The notes: generated from the sequence alone by a model not told the origin. 64,000 bases of DNA from an uncultured Latescibacterota bacterium (GCA_951812755.1 OX638329.1:293339-357338), one strand, 5' to 3'; counted from the stretch's first letter, positions 18,566 to 28,799 are shown. Translations and numbers: made by a program.

Positions 18566-19945
18566 ATGACCAGTAAGCGACCAAATATAATCGTATTTTT
18601 AACCGACGACCAGGGCTATGGCGACCTGGGAATCTACGGAAACCCGGACCTGAACACGCCCCACATCGACCGCATCGGGCGGGAAGGCCTGTGTCTGAAC
18701 CAGCACTACACCGCATCGCCAATATGCGCGCCAGCTCGCGCCGCTTTTTTAACCGGACGCTACAACCACCGTGTAGGCGCATTGAGCGTAGAATCCAACC
18801 GCGGACTGGACCGGATTGCACTCGGCGAATCCACAATCGCGGACTTATTCAAAGCAAACGGCTATGCAACGGGAATGGTGGGAAAATGGCACAACGGACT
18901 ACACGACATGCGGTATCATCCGAACAACCGGGGATTCGATGAATTCGCGGGATTCTTGAACGGCGGAATGAATTACTGGAACTGGATCATCGAATACAAC
19001 GGACAGCCAAAGTGGTCAGACGGCCGGTACCTCACCGACGTATTTACACAGGACGCCATCGAATTTATCAAACGGCACAAAACACAGCCGTTTTTTCTCT
19101 ACGTCGCCTACAACGCACCGCACGGACCACTCGAAGCTCCCGAAGAAGATGTCCAGCCCTTTGAAGAAATGGAAAAATTTACCCGGGCCGTATGTCTCAC
19201 CTACGGCATGATCCGGCGGATGGATACCGGAATCGGGCAAATCCTGGACACACTCGAACAACACGGCCTGGCGGAAGATACGATTGTACTCTACACCAGC
19301 GACAACGGGCCTGTCCATCTCGGCAAAGGGGAAAACGACCAGACCCGCTACAACGGACCGTTTCGGGGCATGAAATACGATGTACTCGAAGGCGGAATCC
19401 GCGTACCGGGCCTGATCCGCTGGCCCGCGGGCTTGCCCCAGGGGAAGACGTATGACGGAATGCTGCACTTTACAGACTGGATGCCCACCCTGTTAAACGC
19501 CTGCGGAATCGACATGCAGACGCCCACAGACGGAATGGATGTCATGCCCGCATTACAGGGTGAACCCGAAAAACTACCGACCAAACGATACTGGCAATTC
19601 AACCGCTACGATCCCATTGGCACATGCAATGCCGCGATGAGAGACGGGGAATGGAAGCTCTACTGGCCCCGCATTGAAGAAGCCATGCAAAAAATGAGAT
19701 CGGACAATCCGCCATACCAGAAAAATCACGAAGTCCCGCATTTTCTCATGAACGTGGAAAATCCACCTGTGGAACGAACACTATCACCGCCCGGTGACCC
19801 AGAACTTTACAATATTGAAAACGATCCGCACGAAAACATCAACCTCGCGCAACAACAGCCAGACCGCGCACACCGCATGAAACGCGAACTGGAAACGTGG
19901 TTTGAAGCCGTAGAAGCAGATCGGCGACGCATCGCACCGTTATAA
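18566..19945 (+). CDS. Arylsulfatase (Cys-type formylglycine sulfatase)
   Basis: RPNIIVFLTDDQGYGD, CAPARAAFLTGR (CxPxR), GKWH, SDNG, EGGIRVP. Confidence 0.93.
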   Translation: MTSKRPNIIVFLTDDQGYGDLGIYGNPDLNTPHIDRIGREGLCLNQHYTASPICAPARAAFLTGRYNHRVGALSVESNRGLDRIALGESTIADLFKANGYATGMVGKWHNGLHDMRYHPNNRGFDEFAGFLNGGMNYWNWIIEYNGQPKWSDGRYLTDVFTQDAIEFIKRHKTQPFFLYVAYNAPHGPLEAPEEDVQPFEEMEKFTRAVCLTYGMIRRMDTGIGQILDTLEQHGLAEDTIVLYTSDNGPVHLGKGENDQTRYNGPFRGMKYDVLEGGIRVPGLIRWPAGLPQGKTYDGMLHFTDWMPTLLNACGIDMQTPTDGMDVMPALQGEPEKLPTKRYWQFNRYDPIGTCNAAMRDGEWKLYWPRIEEAMQKMRSDNPPYQKNHEVPHFLMNVENPPVERTLSPPGDPELYNIENDPHENINLAQQQPDRAHRMKRELETWFEAVEADRRRIAPL

Positions 19946-19968
19946 GTGATATCACAGATATAAACCTG

Positions 19969-20013
19969 AAATCGGTACAAATCTCAAGTTTAACTTGAAA
20001 TATGTACCGATTT
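19969..20013. repeat. 45-bp near-perfect palindrome
   Basis: AAATCGGTACAaATcTCAAGTT-t-AACTTGAaATaTGTACCGATTT: 22-bp arms with 2 mismatches. Confidence 0.85.
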
Positions 20014-20087
20014 GCTTATTTTACCCCGCCTTTACAACGAAAAAGTCAATCCGACTCGCCTGTACCGAATAAAAGGAACATTGGCCT

Positions 20088-22028
20088 ATGGAAAAAGACT
20101 CTTATGCCGACCTCACCTGGGAAGACCTTGAACACTGGGCGGGGACTACAATCGTCAGCAGAGGACGCACCTACCAGCGCAACAGTAGCGTCTCTGATTT
20201 GGGAATCACACCTGAAGGCGCGCTCATCGCCTATGTGCTGGGCAGCACGCGCTATGTCACACAAGTGGCAATCCAGGAAGAGGACTTGACATCCGAGTGT
20301 ACCTGTCCTTACTGGGCAAATTGCAAACACGCCGTTGCCGTGGTATTGGAATACCTGATGTGCTTGAAGAATGATGTTGCAGTGCCACAAATCTCGCAAA
20401 CAGACCCCCGCCTGGACAGGCTGCGAGAAACCGAGACAACCGGAGAAGAATATTGGGATCTCGAACTGGGTAGGTGGACAGATACAGAAGAACAATTAGA
20501 GGCCGCACAACAGCAGAACACCGGCCCCCTTTTGGCCTACCTCAAAAAACAGACCAGAGCACAACTCGTAGAACTGCTCGACGAACTCACCAACGCCTTT
20601 CCCGATGTACGAAAATTTCTGGAGGATCGCCGAAAGGTTCGCAGTGGCAATGCCGACACGCTGCTCAAAGCGATCAGGCAGGAACTTGCGGATATAAGAG
20701 AAGGACCCGATTGGGATGAGTATGAATATGAGTATGACCAGGAATATCAGCCTGTAAGTTTCAATCGCCTAAAAACATATCTTCAGGCACTCCTTATAGC
20801 GGGACCTGCCGAAGAACTTCTTCAGGTGGGCAAAGAATTGATCAACGCCGTCAATTTCGCGCTTGACAACTACGATATCGAAGGAGACATAATTGATGAA
20901 GTCCCAGCCTGCATGGAAATAGTGATACAGGCCCTACCAGCGTCCTCGCTGTCGTCGTCCGAAAAATTGATATGGGCGGTGGACCTGGAATTGGCCGACG
21001 AGTGCGAATTTTGTTACGATGTGCTGGAAAATATCTGGAATAATGCAAATAATAAATCCGACTGGCATGCATTGGCCGACGAATTGCAGAAACGCCTGAA
21101 TGCCATTCGGTCAGACAATGAACTCCGAAATCGCGTGACCGGATGGCTCATCTCTGCATTCGAGCAAACCGGGCGCGAAGATGAAATCATCCCTCTGCGC
21201 GAGCGCGAGGCCGAGACCACCGGCGACTATATACAACTGATAGACCTCCTGACTGATGAAAAACACTATGAAGACGCCGAACACTGGTGCCAGAAAGCCA
21301 TTGCAAACACAAACCCCAATCATCCAGGTACTATCTCAAATCTTGAGGACCGGCTACGTACCATTCGAGAAAAAACCGGTGACTATCTGAGTGCTACGAC
21401 CTTTTATGCGGACGACTTTTTCTCGAATCCTTCGCTGCATACTTTTCAAGAATTGTGCGAGGCCGCACAAAAGGCCAAAGTGGGACCAGCCGTCGAAGCC
21501 TGGGCGCGCTATTTTCTGGAAACTGGACACTTACCGCGAACAAAGGGCAGAAAGCGAAAAGGGGAACCCAATGACAAATGGCCTTTACCAAAGACGGAAT
21601 TTGAAAAAGACATTGACGCTTCAGAAGGCCCCATGATCCATCTCCTGATCGAACTTGCCATCGCTGAGAAAAAGCCAACAGAGGTTTTGAAGTGGTACGA
21701 TCTGAAAACTCCCTCAACACATTACTCATGGGGCTATATGTACACATCATCGCTCAACGTAGCCCAGGCCATCAAAGAAAAATATCCAGACCGCGCCATA
21801 GCGATCTGGAAAGAACAGGCTGAGTCTGCGATCAGCCGCGTTGAAGTTTCCGGTTATCAGGAAGCTGGCACCTATCTCCGCGAGGTGCGAGACACATTAA
21901 AGCGTCTCAACAGGGAGCAAGAATGGGAAACGTATTTGAGCGAGTTGAGAGACCAAAACAAAAGAAGACCGCGTTGCCTCGAAGTCCTGGATGGTTTGGC
22001 AGGCAAGCGCATCATCGATAGGGAATAG
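20088..22028 (+). CDS. SWIM zinc finger domain protein with helical repeat C-terminus
   Basis: RGRTYQR, CTCPYWANCKHAVAV (CxC...CxH). Confidence 0.88.
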   Translation: MEKDSYADLTWEDLEHWAGTTIVSRGRTYQRNSSVSDLGITPEGALIAYVLGSTRYVTQVAIQEEDLTSECTCPYWANCKHAVAVVLEYLMCLKNDVAVPQISQTDPRLDRLRETETTGEEYWDLELGRWTDTEEQLEAAQQQNTGPLLAYLKKQTRAQLVELLDELTNAFPDVRKFLEDRRKVRSGNADTLLKAIRQELADIREGPDWDEYEYEYDQEYQPVSFNRLKTYLQALLIAGPAEELLQVGKELINAVNFALDNYDIEGDIIDEVPACMEIVIQALPASSLSSSEKLIWAVDLELADECEFCYDVLENIWNNANNKSDWHALADELQKRLNAIRSDNELRNRVTGWLISAFEQTGREDEIIPLREREAETTGDYIQLIDLLTDEKHYEDAEHWCQKAIANTNPNHPGTISNLEDRLRTIREKTGDYLSATTFYADDFFSNPSLHTFQELCEAAQKAKVGPAVEAWARYFLETGHLPRTKGRKRKGEPNDKWPLPKTEFEKDIDASEGPMIHLLIELAIAEKKPTEVLKWYDLKTPSTHYSWGYMYTSSLNVAQAIKEKYPDRAIAIWKEQAESAISRVEVSGYQEAGTYLREVRDTLKRLNREQEWETYLSELRDQNKRRPRCLEVLDGLAGKRIIDRE

Positions 22029-22045
22029 GTTATGTCGGAGCCGCC

Positions 22046-22783
22046 CTATTCAACCGCAAACAGCCGGTTGCGCGCTGGCATGCTGACGATCTTCGAGAAA
22101 TGGTAGATCTGCAAATCGGGATGGTCGGGATTGACCGTGGTAGGCACTTCGATCACAAAATCGGCGAAATGAGGGACATTAAAAGCCACGAAAGCCAGCG
22201 TTAGGCAATCGATGAGCCGCCCGGGACGCACCGAAAGATCCGGAAAGGCGACCGGACCGGTATCGACCTGGTAACGGTCGTCGTCACGGCGGGTATTCAT
22301 CGTCTTAACCGGACATTCAATCAGTGCCCGAAGGCCGGTATCGTCGTTGCGGATCTCGGTCTGCGAGACCAGCGGCGCGAAGCGGTACGTCTCCTCCCGG
22401 ATCGCCGCGTTCGTCGGCAACTCGCGAATCGTCGCGCCTTCGACGAGATGCAGGTCGTAACCGCCGAACATCTCCGTGTACGAACGCGTTTCCCGGTAGC
22501 GGTCGCTGAGATAGGCATGGCGCCTGAAAATGAGACCGTACCCTGCGCTGAAGATCGGCAGGAAATCGTAGTTGTCCCGCTGAAACAGATCCTTCTCGTG
22601 AAAGGTGTTCTCGCTCTTGCATGAGGCTGTCTGGTAGAAATCCTCACAGATCCCCTGCCTGTCATCGATAACGCGGGTGCGCGACTCGATCCAAAAACGC
22701 GCCTCATTGGTGCGCCCCTTCCCGATCAGGAACGAACGCCCGTAATCCAGTGGGGTCATGTCGATTTGCATATCGTCACTCAC
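22046..22783 (-). CDS. Hypothetical protein
   Basis: 245-aa ORF with AGGAGG RBS, 11 bp downstream of the SulP gene. Confidence 0.75.
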   Translation of the reverse strand: MSDDMQIDMTPLDYGRSFLIGKGRTNEARFWIESRTRVIDDRQGICEDFYQTASCKSENTFHEKDLFQRDNYDFLPIFSAGYGLIFRRHAYLSDRYRETRSYTEMFGGYDLHLVEGATIRELPTNAAIREETYRFAPLVSQTEIRNDDTGLRALIECPVKTMNTRRDDDRYQVDTGPVAFPDLSVRPGRLIDCLTLAFVAFNVPHFADFVIEVPTTVNPDHPDLQIYHFSKIVSMPARNRLFAVE

Positions 22784-22794
22784 TGGTCTTCCTC

Positions 22795-25017
22795 CTAAGT
22801 GCGAGAATCCACTTGCAATTGCCTACCTCCCCGCTCGCCCTGGAGACGTCCGCCAAGGAGATATCGATACAGCTTGAGGGCAAGCCGCTCTTCGCTCTTC
22901 TCCAGATTATCCCGGGCGACCAGCGTCAGCACCATCGTCTGACAGGGTTCGTCCGCAACCACAGAGGTCTGGTCCGGCGCGTCCGCCGGCCATATCGCAT
23001 CGCCGGGACCGCACTGAAACAGGCGCGCACCTGCGGAATCATAGCCGGAAGCCCGGCCCGAAAGCAGCAGTTGCAGATCTTCATGGGACGCATCCGGTCC
23101 TGCGATAGTCTCGCCAGAGGAGTACTCGTGAGGATTCAGATAGCCTTGAAGTCCCTCTATCAGATTCTCGAACTCCATCTGCCGCTCCAGGTAGTGCTCG
23201 AGGTCATCGGCGGCGTGATCCAGCAGCGAGGCACGCCGCTCGTCTGCCATATCCACATCCGCATTCCACGCCTCAATAACGATATCCTCGCAGCGTTCGA
23301 GGGCACCATCCACATCTGGCTCTACCAGCAACTCATCATATACAGAAGGCGGAAGGCTTCGCTCAAGCCCTGACCTCAACCCCTCGGACACTGCGCTCAG
23401 AACGACCCGCACCCCGGCCGCGTTCGCCGTCTGCAAAAACCTCCCCAGGACGCTCACTGCCGAGAAGTCAAAGCCGGAGACAGCGCTGAAGTCCAGCAAC
23501 AGACAAAGGGGACGCGAAACACCGGTCAGGGACTGCCTGAGATGATCGGCCAGAGGGGACACGCTGCCAAAAAAGAGGTAGCCGCGCAGCCGGTATGCCT
23601 GCACCCGCTCACCCTCCTCCAGCAAGATGGCGCGATCGGGGACGGACCGGGTCTTGTTGCTCACGCGCTCGCGTGCGGTAAACCGCGATTCGATCGGATC
23701 CACGCGGCTCAGGCGCACGGCGAAAAACACCAGAGTGGCGAGCATCCCAACAGCCACGCCCTCAAAGAGTCCGAAGTACAAGATCACAAAGAAGATCAGC
23801 AGAATAATGCCGTACTCTGACCGGGGAAGCTGCCTGTAGCTTGTCACGAGACCCTGGTCCAGCATGCCGAGACCGGCAAAGACCAGAATTCCGCCTACGA
23901 GCGGTGCCGGAACGAACTCCAGCATCCCGTCGCCCATGAACAACGCGACCCCGATCACAAAGGCGGCAACCACCCCGGTCAGACGCGTTGCGGCTCTGAA
24001 CAGCTTGCTGCGCAGGGACGCCGGCACCACAATAGTCGCCACCGTTCCGCCGCCCAGACCGGCGATCACACTCGCGGCTCCTGTCACGCGGAACTCCCTG
24101 TCCCAGTCCAACTCCTGATTCGCAGCCAGTTCGAGACCAGCGACATTCATGACCACGCAGATGAAAGCGACCAGAATCAGCGTCAGCATGTGGGGGACTT
24201 GCGTAGCTATCAAAGACCAATCTACATGCACCAGATCCGCGGGAAGCAGAGCCGGCCACAGACTTCCATCCGCCGTGCTCGTGAGCAGCAATCCCTCTGC
24301 CCGCGCCTCGTCACCCGAAAAACCGAGACCGGCGAGTGTGAAATGGTACGCAGCTACGGCAAGCACGATACTCCCCGGCAGGATCAGCGGGTTGCCCCAG
24401 CGTTTCATCGCGAAGTACAGGGCAATCCCATACACCGCGCCCGGGCTCCACTTCCACAGAACGGAAGGCTCTATGAGTGCGGAAATCATCCACCATTTCA
24501 GTTCTGCTCCCATCAACGACAGGGCCGCCGGGCACACGACAGCCCCTATTCCCGCCACAAATCCGCTTGCCACCGGATAGGGGATGAAACGCACCAGATT
24601 GACGAGTCCGAAACGTCCGATCATGAAACAGCACACACCTGTGGCCACCGCACTGATCATGAGCGCGACCACTGTAGTGACGAACAACGCGTCGCCTTCC
24701 GCGCTGATCGAGATCGAGGACCCGAACAGTGCCATCACAATCACCAGCGCGGGAGACAGACCCGCAATCGCCCCGCGGTACCCGCTCGCGAGGGCGATAA
24801 CCAGGCATGCTGCGAAATTCCCGAACAGTATCAGACCGACGCCCTGGGAGGAATAGGGAGCCAATGGTCCCGAGAATATAAAGCTCCCAAACGCAATCTG
24901 CGCGATGAGCAGACCCATACCCGAAGTGAAGCCAACTGATAACACCAGAACGACCCGCGCGGGCAGGAGGTCGGCGCGAAGCTCAGATGCAAGGTCTCGG
25001 AATACGGATATCGCCAT
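22795..25017 (-). CDS. SulP-family anion permease with STAS and degenerate cNMP-binding domains (SupE-like)
   Basis: Multi-TM N-terminus with FIPYPVASGFVAG, STAS (LRGYLFFGS, LLLDFSAVSGFDFSA) and a cNMP-like C-terminus. Confidence 0.88.
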   Translation of the reverse strand: MAISVFRDLASELRADLLPARVVLVLSVGFTSGMGLLIAQIAFGSFIFSGPLAPYSSQGVGLILFGNFAACLVIALASGYRGAIAGLSPALVIVMALFGSSISISAEGDALFVTTVVALMISAVATGVCCFMIGRFGLVNLVRFIPYPVASGFVAGIGAVVCPAALSLMGAELKWWMISALIEPSVLWKWSPGAVYGIALYFAMKRWGNPLILPGSIVLAVAAYHFTLAGLGFSGDEARAEGLLLTSTADGSLWPALLPADLVHVDWSLIATQVPHMLTLILVAFICVVMNVAGLELAANQELDWDREFRVTGAASVIAGLGGGTVATIVVPASLRSKLFRAATRLTGVVAAFVIGVALFMGDGMLEFVPAPLVGGILVFAGLGMLDQGLVTSYRQLPRSEYGIILLIFFVILYFGLFEGVAVGMLATLVFFAVRLSRVDPIESRFTARERVSNKTRSVPDRAILLEEGERVQAYRLRGYLFFGSVSPLADHLRQSLTGVSRPLCLLLDFSAVSGFDFSAVSVLGRFLQTANAAGVRVVLSAVSEGLRSGLERSLPPSVYDELLVEPDVDGALERCEDIVIEAWNADVDMADERRASLLDHAADDLEHYLERQMEFENLIEGLQGYLNPHEYSSGETIAGPDASHEDLQLLLSGRASGYDSAGARLFQCGPGDAIWPADAPDQTSVVADEPCQTMVLTLVARDNLEKSEERLALKLYRYLLGGRLQGERGGRQLQVDSRT

Positions 25018-25036
25018 AGCGGTTTCCTGGAAGCAT

Positions 25037-25122
25037 GTTGAAAAAATCGAATATCAAAACTATTGTCAACAAATCTGTTGAAAAAAATCGGGCAACCAAA
25101 TTATCGTCAACACATCCGTTGA
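25037..25122. promoter_or_regulatory. Repeated palindromic operator TCAAC-N6-GTTGA upstream of the SulP gene
   Basis: Full sites at 25066-25081 and 25107-25122 and a half site GTTGAAAAAATCG at 25037, with ~40-bp periodicity. Confidence 0.55.
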
Positions 25123-25147
25123 AACATCTAAAAACAACAAAAACCAT

Positions 25148-25180
25148 CTGGATCGCGGCTAACAACATGCCGCGATGACG
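25148..25180. repeat. REP-like palindromic element
   Basis: ctggatcgcggctaacaacatgccgcgatgacg. Confidence 0.8.
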
Positions 25181-25201
25181 GTGCTTGTTGATGGGTTCTT
25201 T

Positions 25202-25299
25202 TTCACAGTGAACTGGTCTGGACTGCGACCAGTTGTACACACTCCCTACTTCACAGTGAACTGGTCTGGACACTACGACCAGTTGTACACCGTCCCTAC
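25202..25299. repeat. Tandem pair of ~49-bp hairpin units (GTAG-type REP-like on the minus strand)
   Basis: TTCACAGTGAACTGGTC..GACCAGTTGTACAC..TCCCTAC twice; the second copy contains the TAG stop of 25296..26285. Confidence 0.8.
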
Positions 25300-26285
25300 T
25301 TCAAAAACCCCTGAACTCGCGGGTGATCGAGCACATCGGTATTCAGCACATCTCTGGGCGTGCGACCTTCAACCGCGTCGATAATTTGCTCCACGCAACA
25401 CTCGTCAAGCCGAATAGCGGACTCAACGGTAATGCCTGCATTGTGATTGGTACAGATAATGCGGGGGTGGTCTTTGTGAATCGCACGCGTCTGATTGACC
25501 GGATCATCGACGAGATAATAATAGAGCCGCTCTTCTTTAATCGCACGGTTCACCGCTTCATCATCCACCAGATTGCCACGCGAGGGATTGATCACTGAGG
25601 CATGGGGTTTCATCGCGCAGAGCAGATCGTAGGTCACAACGGTATCATCGCCTGAAAGATGGAGAGAAATCGCATCGCATTCCTCGAAAAGGACGCGGGG
25701 ATCATCTACCACCTCGGCATCGTACTGCGCGGCGACCTCGTCAATATCCGGACGAATATCATAGACCAGCAAACGTCCTGAATCCCCCAGAAGCGGACGC
25801 GCGCGTTCGGCCATCGCCTGACCGATCCGCCCCAGACCCCAGATCCCCAGCGTAGAGCCTTCCGCCTCATAAGTCTTGATAATCTCAAAACTTCCCGCAT
25901 GGCTATTTCGGTTCAAAGTATAAACGCGCTTCAGCGCGGCCATCCACTGCGCGATCGCAAATTCGGCAACCGTCACCATATGCACAGGGGCAACCGTGAC
26001 AATAACACCGCAATCAGTCGCGCGTGGCACATCGACCTTTTCAAATCCCACACCCCAGCGCGCAACAATGCGCAAATCGCGCGCCGTGGCGTAAAACTCG
26101 GGCGAGAACACAACCGAATCCGCCAAAACACCCACCACACCCTCGGCGTGTTCGGCACCAAATTCGGTCTCAGCGTAAAATTCCACCTCCGCGTAATCGC
26201 GCAACCTGTCAATCGCCCTCGTCCGCTCCTCAGATGCAAACTCGGGACCCTGCAATTTATCTGTAATGAGAATTTTTTGAGCCAT
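25296..26285 (-). CDS. D-isomer-specific 2-hydroxyacid dehydrogenase family protein
   Basis: RWGVGFEKVD, GIWGLGRIG, INPSRG, TNHNAG. Confidence 0.88.
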   Translation of the reverse strand: MAQKILITDKLQGPEFASEERTRAIDRLRDYAEVEFYAETEFGAEHAEGVVGVLADSVVFSPEFYATARDLRIVARWGVGFEKVDVPRATDCGVIVTVAPVHMVTVAEFAIAQWMAALKRVYTLNRNSHAGSFEIIKTYEAEGSTLGIWGLGRIGQAMAERARPLLGDSGRLLVYDIRPDIDEVAAQYDAEVVDDPRVLFEECDAISLHLSGDDTVVTYDLLCAMKPHASVINPSRGNLVDDEAVNRAIKEERLYYYLVDDPVNQTRAIHKDHPRIICTNHNAGITVESAIRLDECCVEQIIDAVEGRTPRDVLNTDVLDHPRVQGFLK

Positions 26286-26325
26286 ATCTCCCTCTGTAAT
26301 TCGTCAATGAACCGCTGCCTTCTTC

Positions 26326-26476
26326 TCGCCTTTCATCTGCCTTCGCCTTTCATCTGCCTTCGCCTTTCATCTGCCTTCGCCTTTCATCTGCCTTCGCCTT
26401 TCATCTGCCTTCGCCTTTCATCTGCCTTCGCCTTTCATCTGCCTTCGCCTTTCATCTGCCTTCGCCTTTCATCTGC
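26326..26476. repeat. 17-bp VNTR (TCGCCTTTCATCTGCCT) x ~9
   Basis: 151 bp = 8 full copies plus 15 nt; contains the stop codon of 26469..27413. Confidence 0.95.
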
Positions 26477-27413
26477 GAAAAACGCTCAAATTATTCGCGT
26501 TTTTTTCTACGCCATCTGCGGATCCAATCAGCGGCAACAACGTCTCAGCCGTTTTCTTCACCAGAAAAGTGTAAAACTCCTCACTCAACAAACTGCTCCC
26601 GTGATCCTGAATAAACTTGAGTTCCTCCGGTGTAATATCAACGGGATTGGTCTCAACCGCATTGGGATATTCATTCGCAGGCGTCCGATCAATCGGCGCG
26701 ACAAATTCCACCGTCAGCGCGTCATCATAACCCACCTCTTTGAGTGTCGCGACCAATTTTGCCCAATCCCAATTCCCCAGCCCACACGCCATGCGATTAT
26801 TATCCGCCACATGAAAATCCACGAGCCTGTCCCCAGCGTCTCGGATAGCTTGATACGGGTCCGCCTCTTCAATATTGATATGAAAAGCATCTAAACACAC
26901 ACCGCAATTCGCACCCGTCGCCTCTGCCAGGGCAAGAGCCTGAGCACCTCGGGTAATAAAATACGTCTCAAACCGATTGATGGGTTCAATGGCGAGGCGA
27001 ACCCCCTCTCTCTCGGAATGATCGTAAACCTCCTGCATGCCCGCCACAGCCCATTGCCATTCCTCATCTGGCGTGGCATCCGGTTCGATTTTTCCCACAG
27101 TAGCTGGCACCACAGTCAGCTCACACCCATTGAGTTCCTTAACCATCGTAACACAATCCTTGACGTATTGCACGGATTGTGCCCGAATCCCCGCGTCTTT
27201 TGCGAGCATATTGCGGTCGCCCATCATCAACGTCACCGCCCCCCAGCAGCGGATATTGTACTCATTGAGCAAAGCACGCACCTCTGACGTATCATACCGC
27301 TCGGGTTCACCGCTGAGCTCGATACTTTCGTACCCAAATTTTGCCAACCTCTCAAGCGTGACATCGAGGGATTCCGAGCGCATCCAATTGTGCATAGATA
27401 AATGCATCATCAA
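26469..27413 (-). CDS. Sugar phosphate isomerase/epimerase (D-tagatose 3-epimerase-like TIM barrel)
   Basis: AIEPINRFE, LDAFHINIEE, FHVADNNR, LTVEF. Confidence 0.88.
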   Translation of the reverse strand: MMMHLSMHNWMRSESLDVTLERLAKFGYESIELSGEPERYDTSEVRALLNEYNIRCWGAVTLMMGDRNMLAKDAGIRAQSVQYVKDCVTMVKELNGCELTVVPATVGKIEPDATPDEEWQWAVAGMQEVYDHSEREGVRLAIEPINRFETYFITRGAQALALAEATGANCGVCLDAFHINIEEADPYQAIRDAGDRLVDFHVADNNRMACGLGNWDWAKLVATLKEVGYDDALTVEFVAPIDRTPANEYPNAVETNPVDITPEELKFIQDHGSSLLSEEFYTFLVKKTAETLLPLIGSADGVEKNANNLSVFRR

Positions 27414-28228
27414 CCTCCCTGAACAATAACATCCGGCGTATTTTCAACGCGCCCCCACCAGAGTGCCATATCAAAAGTGGGATCTCCAGTGAGAAAACGC
27501 CAGAACTTGATGCGATTCATAAGTTCAATGCGGTGGCGTTGCCCATGCCAGGGAATCTTCTGATTGAGTTTCTGAATAACCTCGGGACTATCGAGATCGT
27601 CGGTATTCCACAGGCGCTGTTGGCGAACCGTGGGATTGAGACGGAGCTTAAACATATACCGATCTCTATCCGTAAAATTGCTCCGCGCCGAATGCCATAT
27701 ATTGGTGTGCCAGAAAAACATCGTCCCCGCATCGCAAATCGCCTGCACCTGCCCTATGATATTTTGATAGCGTTTGATCTCGGCTTCGTGAACCCGGCGA
27801 AATTGCGTGCCCGGCACAAAAAGCGTACCCCCGCTTTCCAGCGGCGTATCTTCTGGAAAAAAGGAAATTTGAATATCGAAATGCAAATCGCGAATATCGT
27901 ATTCGGCATCTTGATGCAAATTGGCACCCTTGCGCGTATTTGCCGGCGTGAGATGCGCCGCGTGATGATCGTATCGCGGATTGGGACCCACCAGACTGTG
28001 AATAATCGCTGCTACTTTGGGCAGACGAAAAACCTTGCCAATGGCTTCATCGGGCCAGGACTCACTAAAAGGTGAGCCCATCGGAGCGCGGCGTCTAATC
28101 TTGCCCGTACTCATCTCTTCATGAGCGGCTTCGCAGAGTTCCCGCGGCACCAGATTGTCAAAACGCAGAAAACCCGTGCTCGCGAACTGCGCCATTTCTA
28201 CAGACGTAAGCAAAAGATTCTTATCCAT
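27410..28228 (-). CDS. Phytanoyl-CoA dioxygenase (PhyH) family protein
   Basis: LHQD (HxD), GGTLFVPG, NIWH, R.MFK. Confidence 0.85.
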   Translation of the reverse strand: MDKNLLLTSVEMAQFASTGFLRFDNLVPRELCEAAHEEMSTGKIRRRAPMGSPFSESWPDEAIGKVFRLPKVAAIIHSLVGPNPRYDHHAAHLTPANTRKGANLHQDAEYDIRDLHFDIQISFFPEDTPLESGGTLFVPGTQFRRVHEAEIKRYQNIIGQVQAICDAGTMFFWHTNIWHSARSNFTDRDRYMFKLRLNPTVRQQRLWNTDDLDSPEVIQKLNQKIPWHGQRHRIELMNRIKFWRFLTGDPTFDMALWWGRVENTPDVIVQGG

Positions 28229-28511
28229 CTATAACCTCCATTTTTTCCAGAACAAATTCAAAATCGAGATAATCGTTTTCGTATTCGCGCCCGACTTGCG
28301 GTGCTTTGATAAAAGGCACCTGAATAACGCGCCAACCATCGCGCATGGCATCCAGCACAGAGTTGTAAGGCGGCTCGGCATCTTCACCTGCAGCCTCAAA
28401 CATCTCATCAGTCGTCCCATCGTAATACGACCAACCAACAACTTCGCTCTCCAAACTGGAATTGCCCAGATAGAGAAAGAGTAGCTTTTGTCTCAGTTGT
28501 GTTTCAGGCAT
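28221..28511 (-). CDS. Small hypothetical protein co-operonic with PhyH
   Basis: PPYNSVLDAMRDGWRVIQ...FVLEK; overlaps the PhyH start. Confidence 0.75.
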   Translation of the reverse strand: MPETQLRQKLLFLYLGNSSLESEVVGWSYYDGTTDEMFEAAGEDAEPPYNSVLDAMRDGWRVIQVPFIKAPQVGREYENDYLDFEFVLEKMEVIDG

Positions 28512-28571
28512 TCGCGGATTCCTTATAAGAATTATGCACATCTCTCATTCCGGTACCAATTAAGGGCGTTA

Positions 28572-28799
28572 TCAAACGAGGTTTTCGGTTGGGATCGTTC
28601 TTAAAAGATTCCCCATCACTTCTTTTGCGTTAAAGATATCGATCAGATAAACCTGATTATCTTTAAATTCAACTGTAAAACCATCACCTTCGATCACCTG
28701 GTCAGGTATGCCTCGCATATCCCGCCGAAAAAAGAGAATATTTCCGGTTTGAGGATCGATCTTCTTGTCAAAAAGTTCGGGCTTAAAGTTTAAATCCAT
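28572..28799 (-). CDS. DUF2283-like putative antitoxin
   Basis: IDPQTGNILFFR, FTVEFKDNQVYLIDIFNAK; overlaps the upstream gene. Confidence 0.6.
   Translation of the reverse strand: MDLNFKPELFDKKIDPQTGNILFFRRDMRGIPDQVIEGDGFTVEFKDNQVYLIDIFNAKEVMGNLLRTIPTENLV

Noticed and set aside
25202..25299. Possible mini CRISPR array
   Set aside because: Two adjacent units with no unique spacer and no cas genes; fits a REP doublet.
26326..26476. Possible CRISPR repeats
   Set aside because: Head-to-tail perfect 17-mers without spacers.
25899..26894. 331-aa plus-strand ORF with AFHLPSPFICLRLSS repeats
   Set aside because: Antisense to two real genes and reads through the VNTR.
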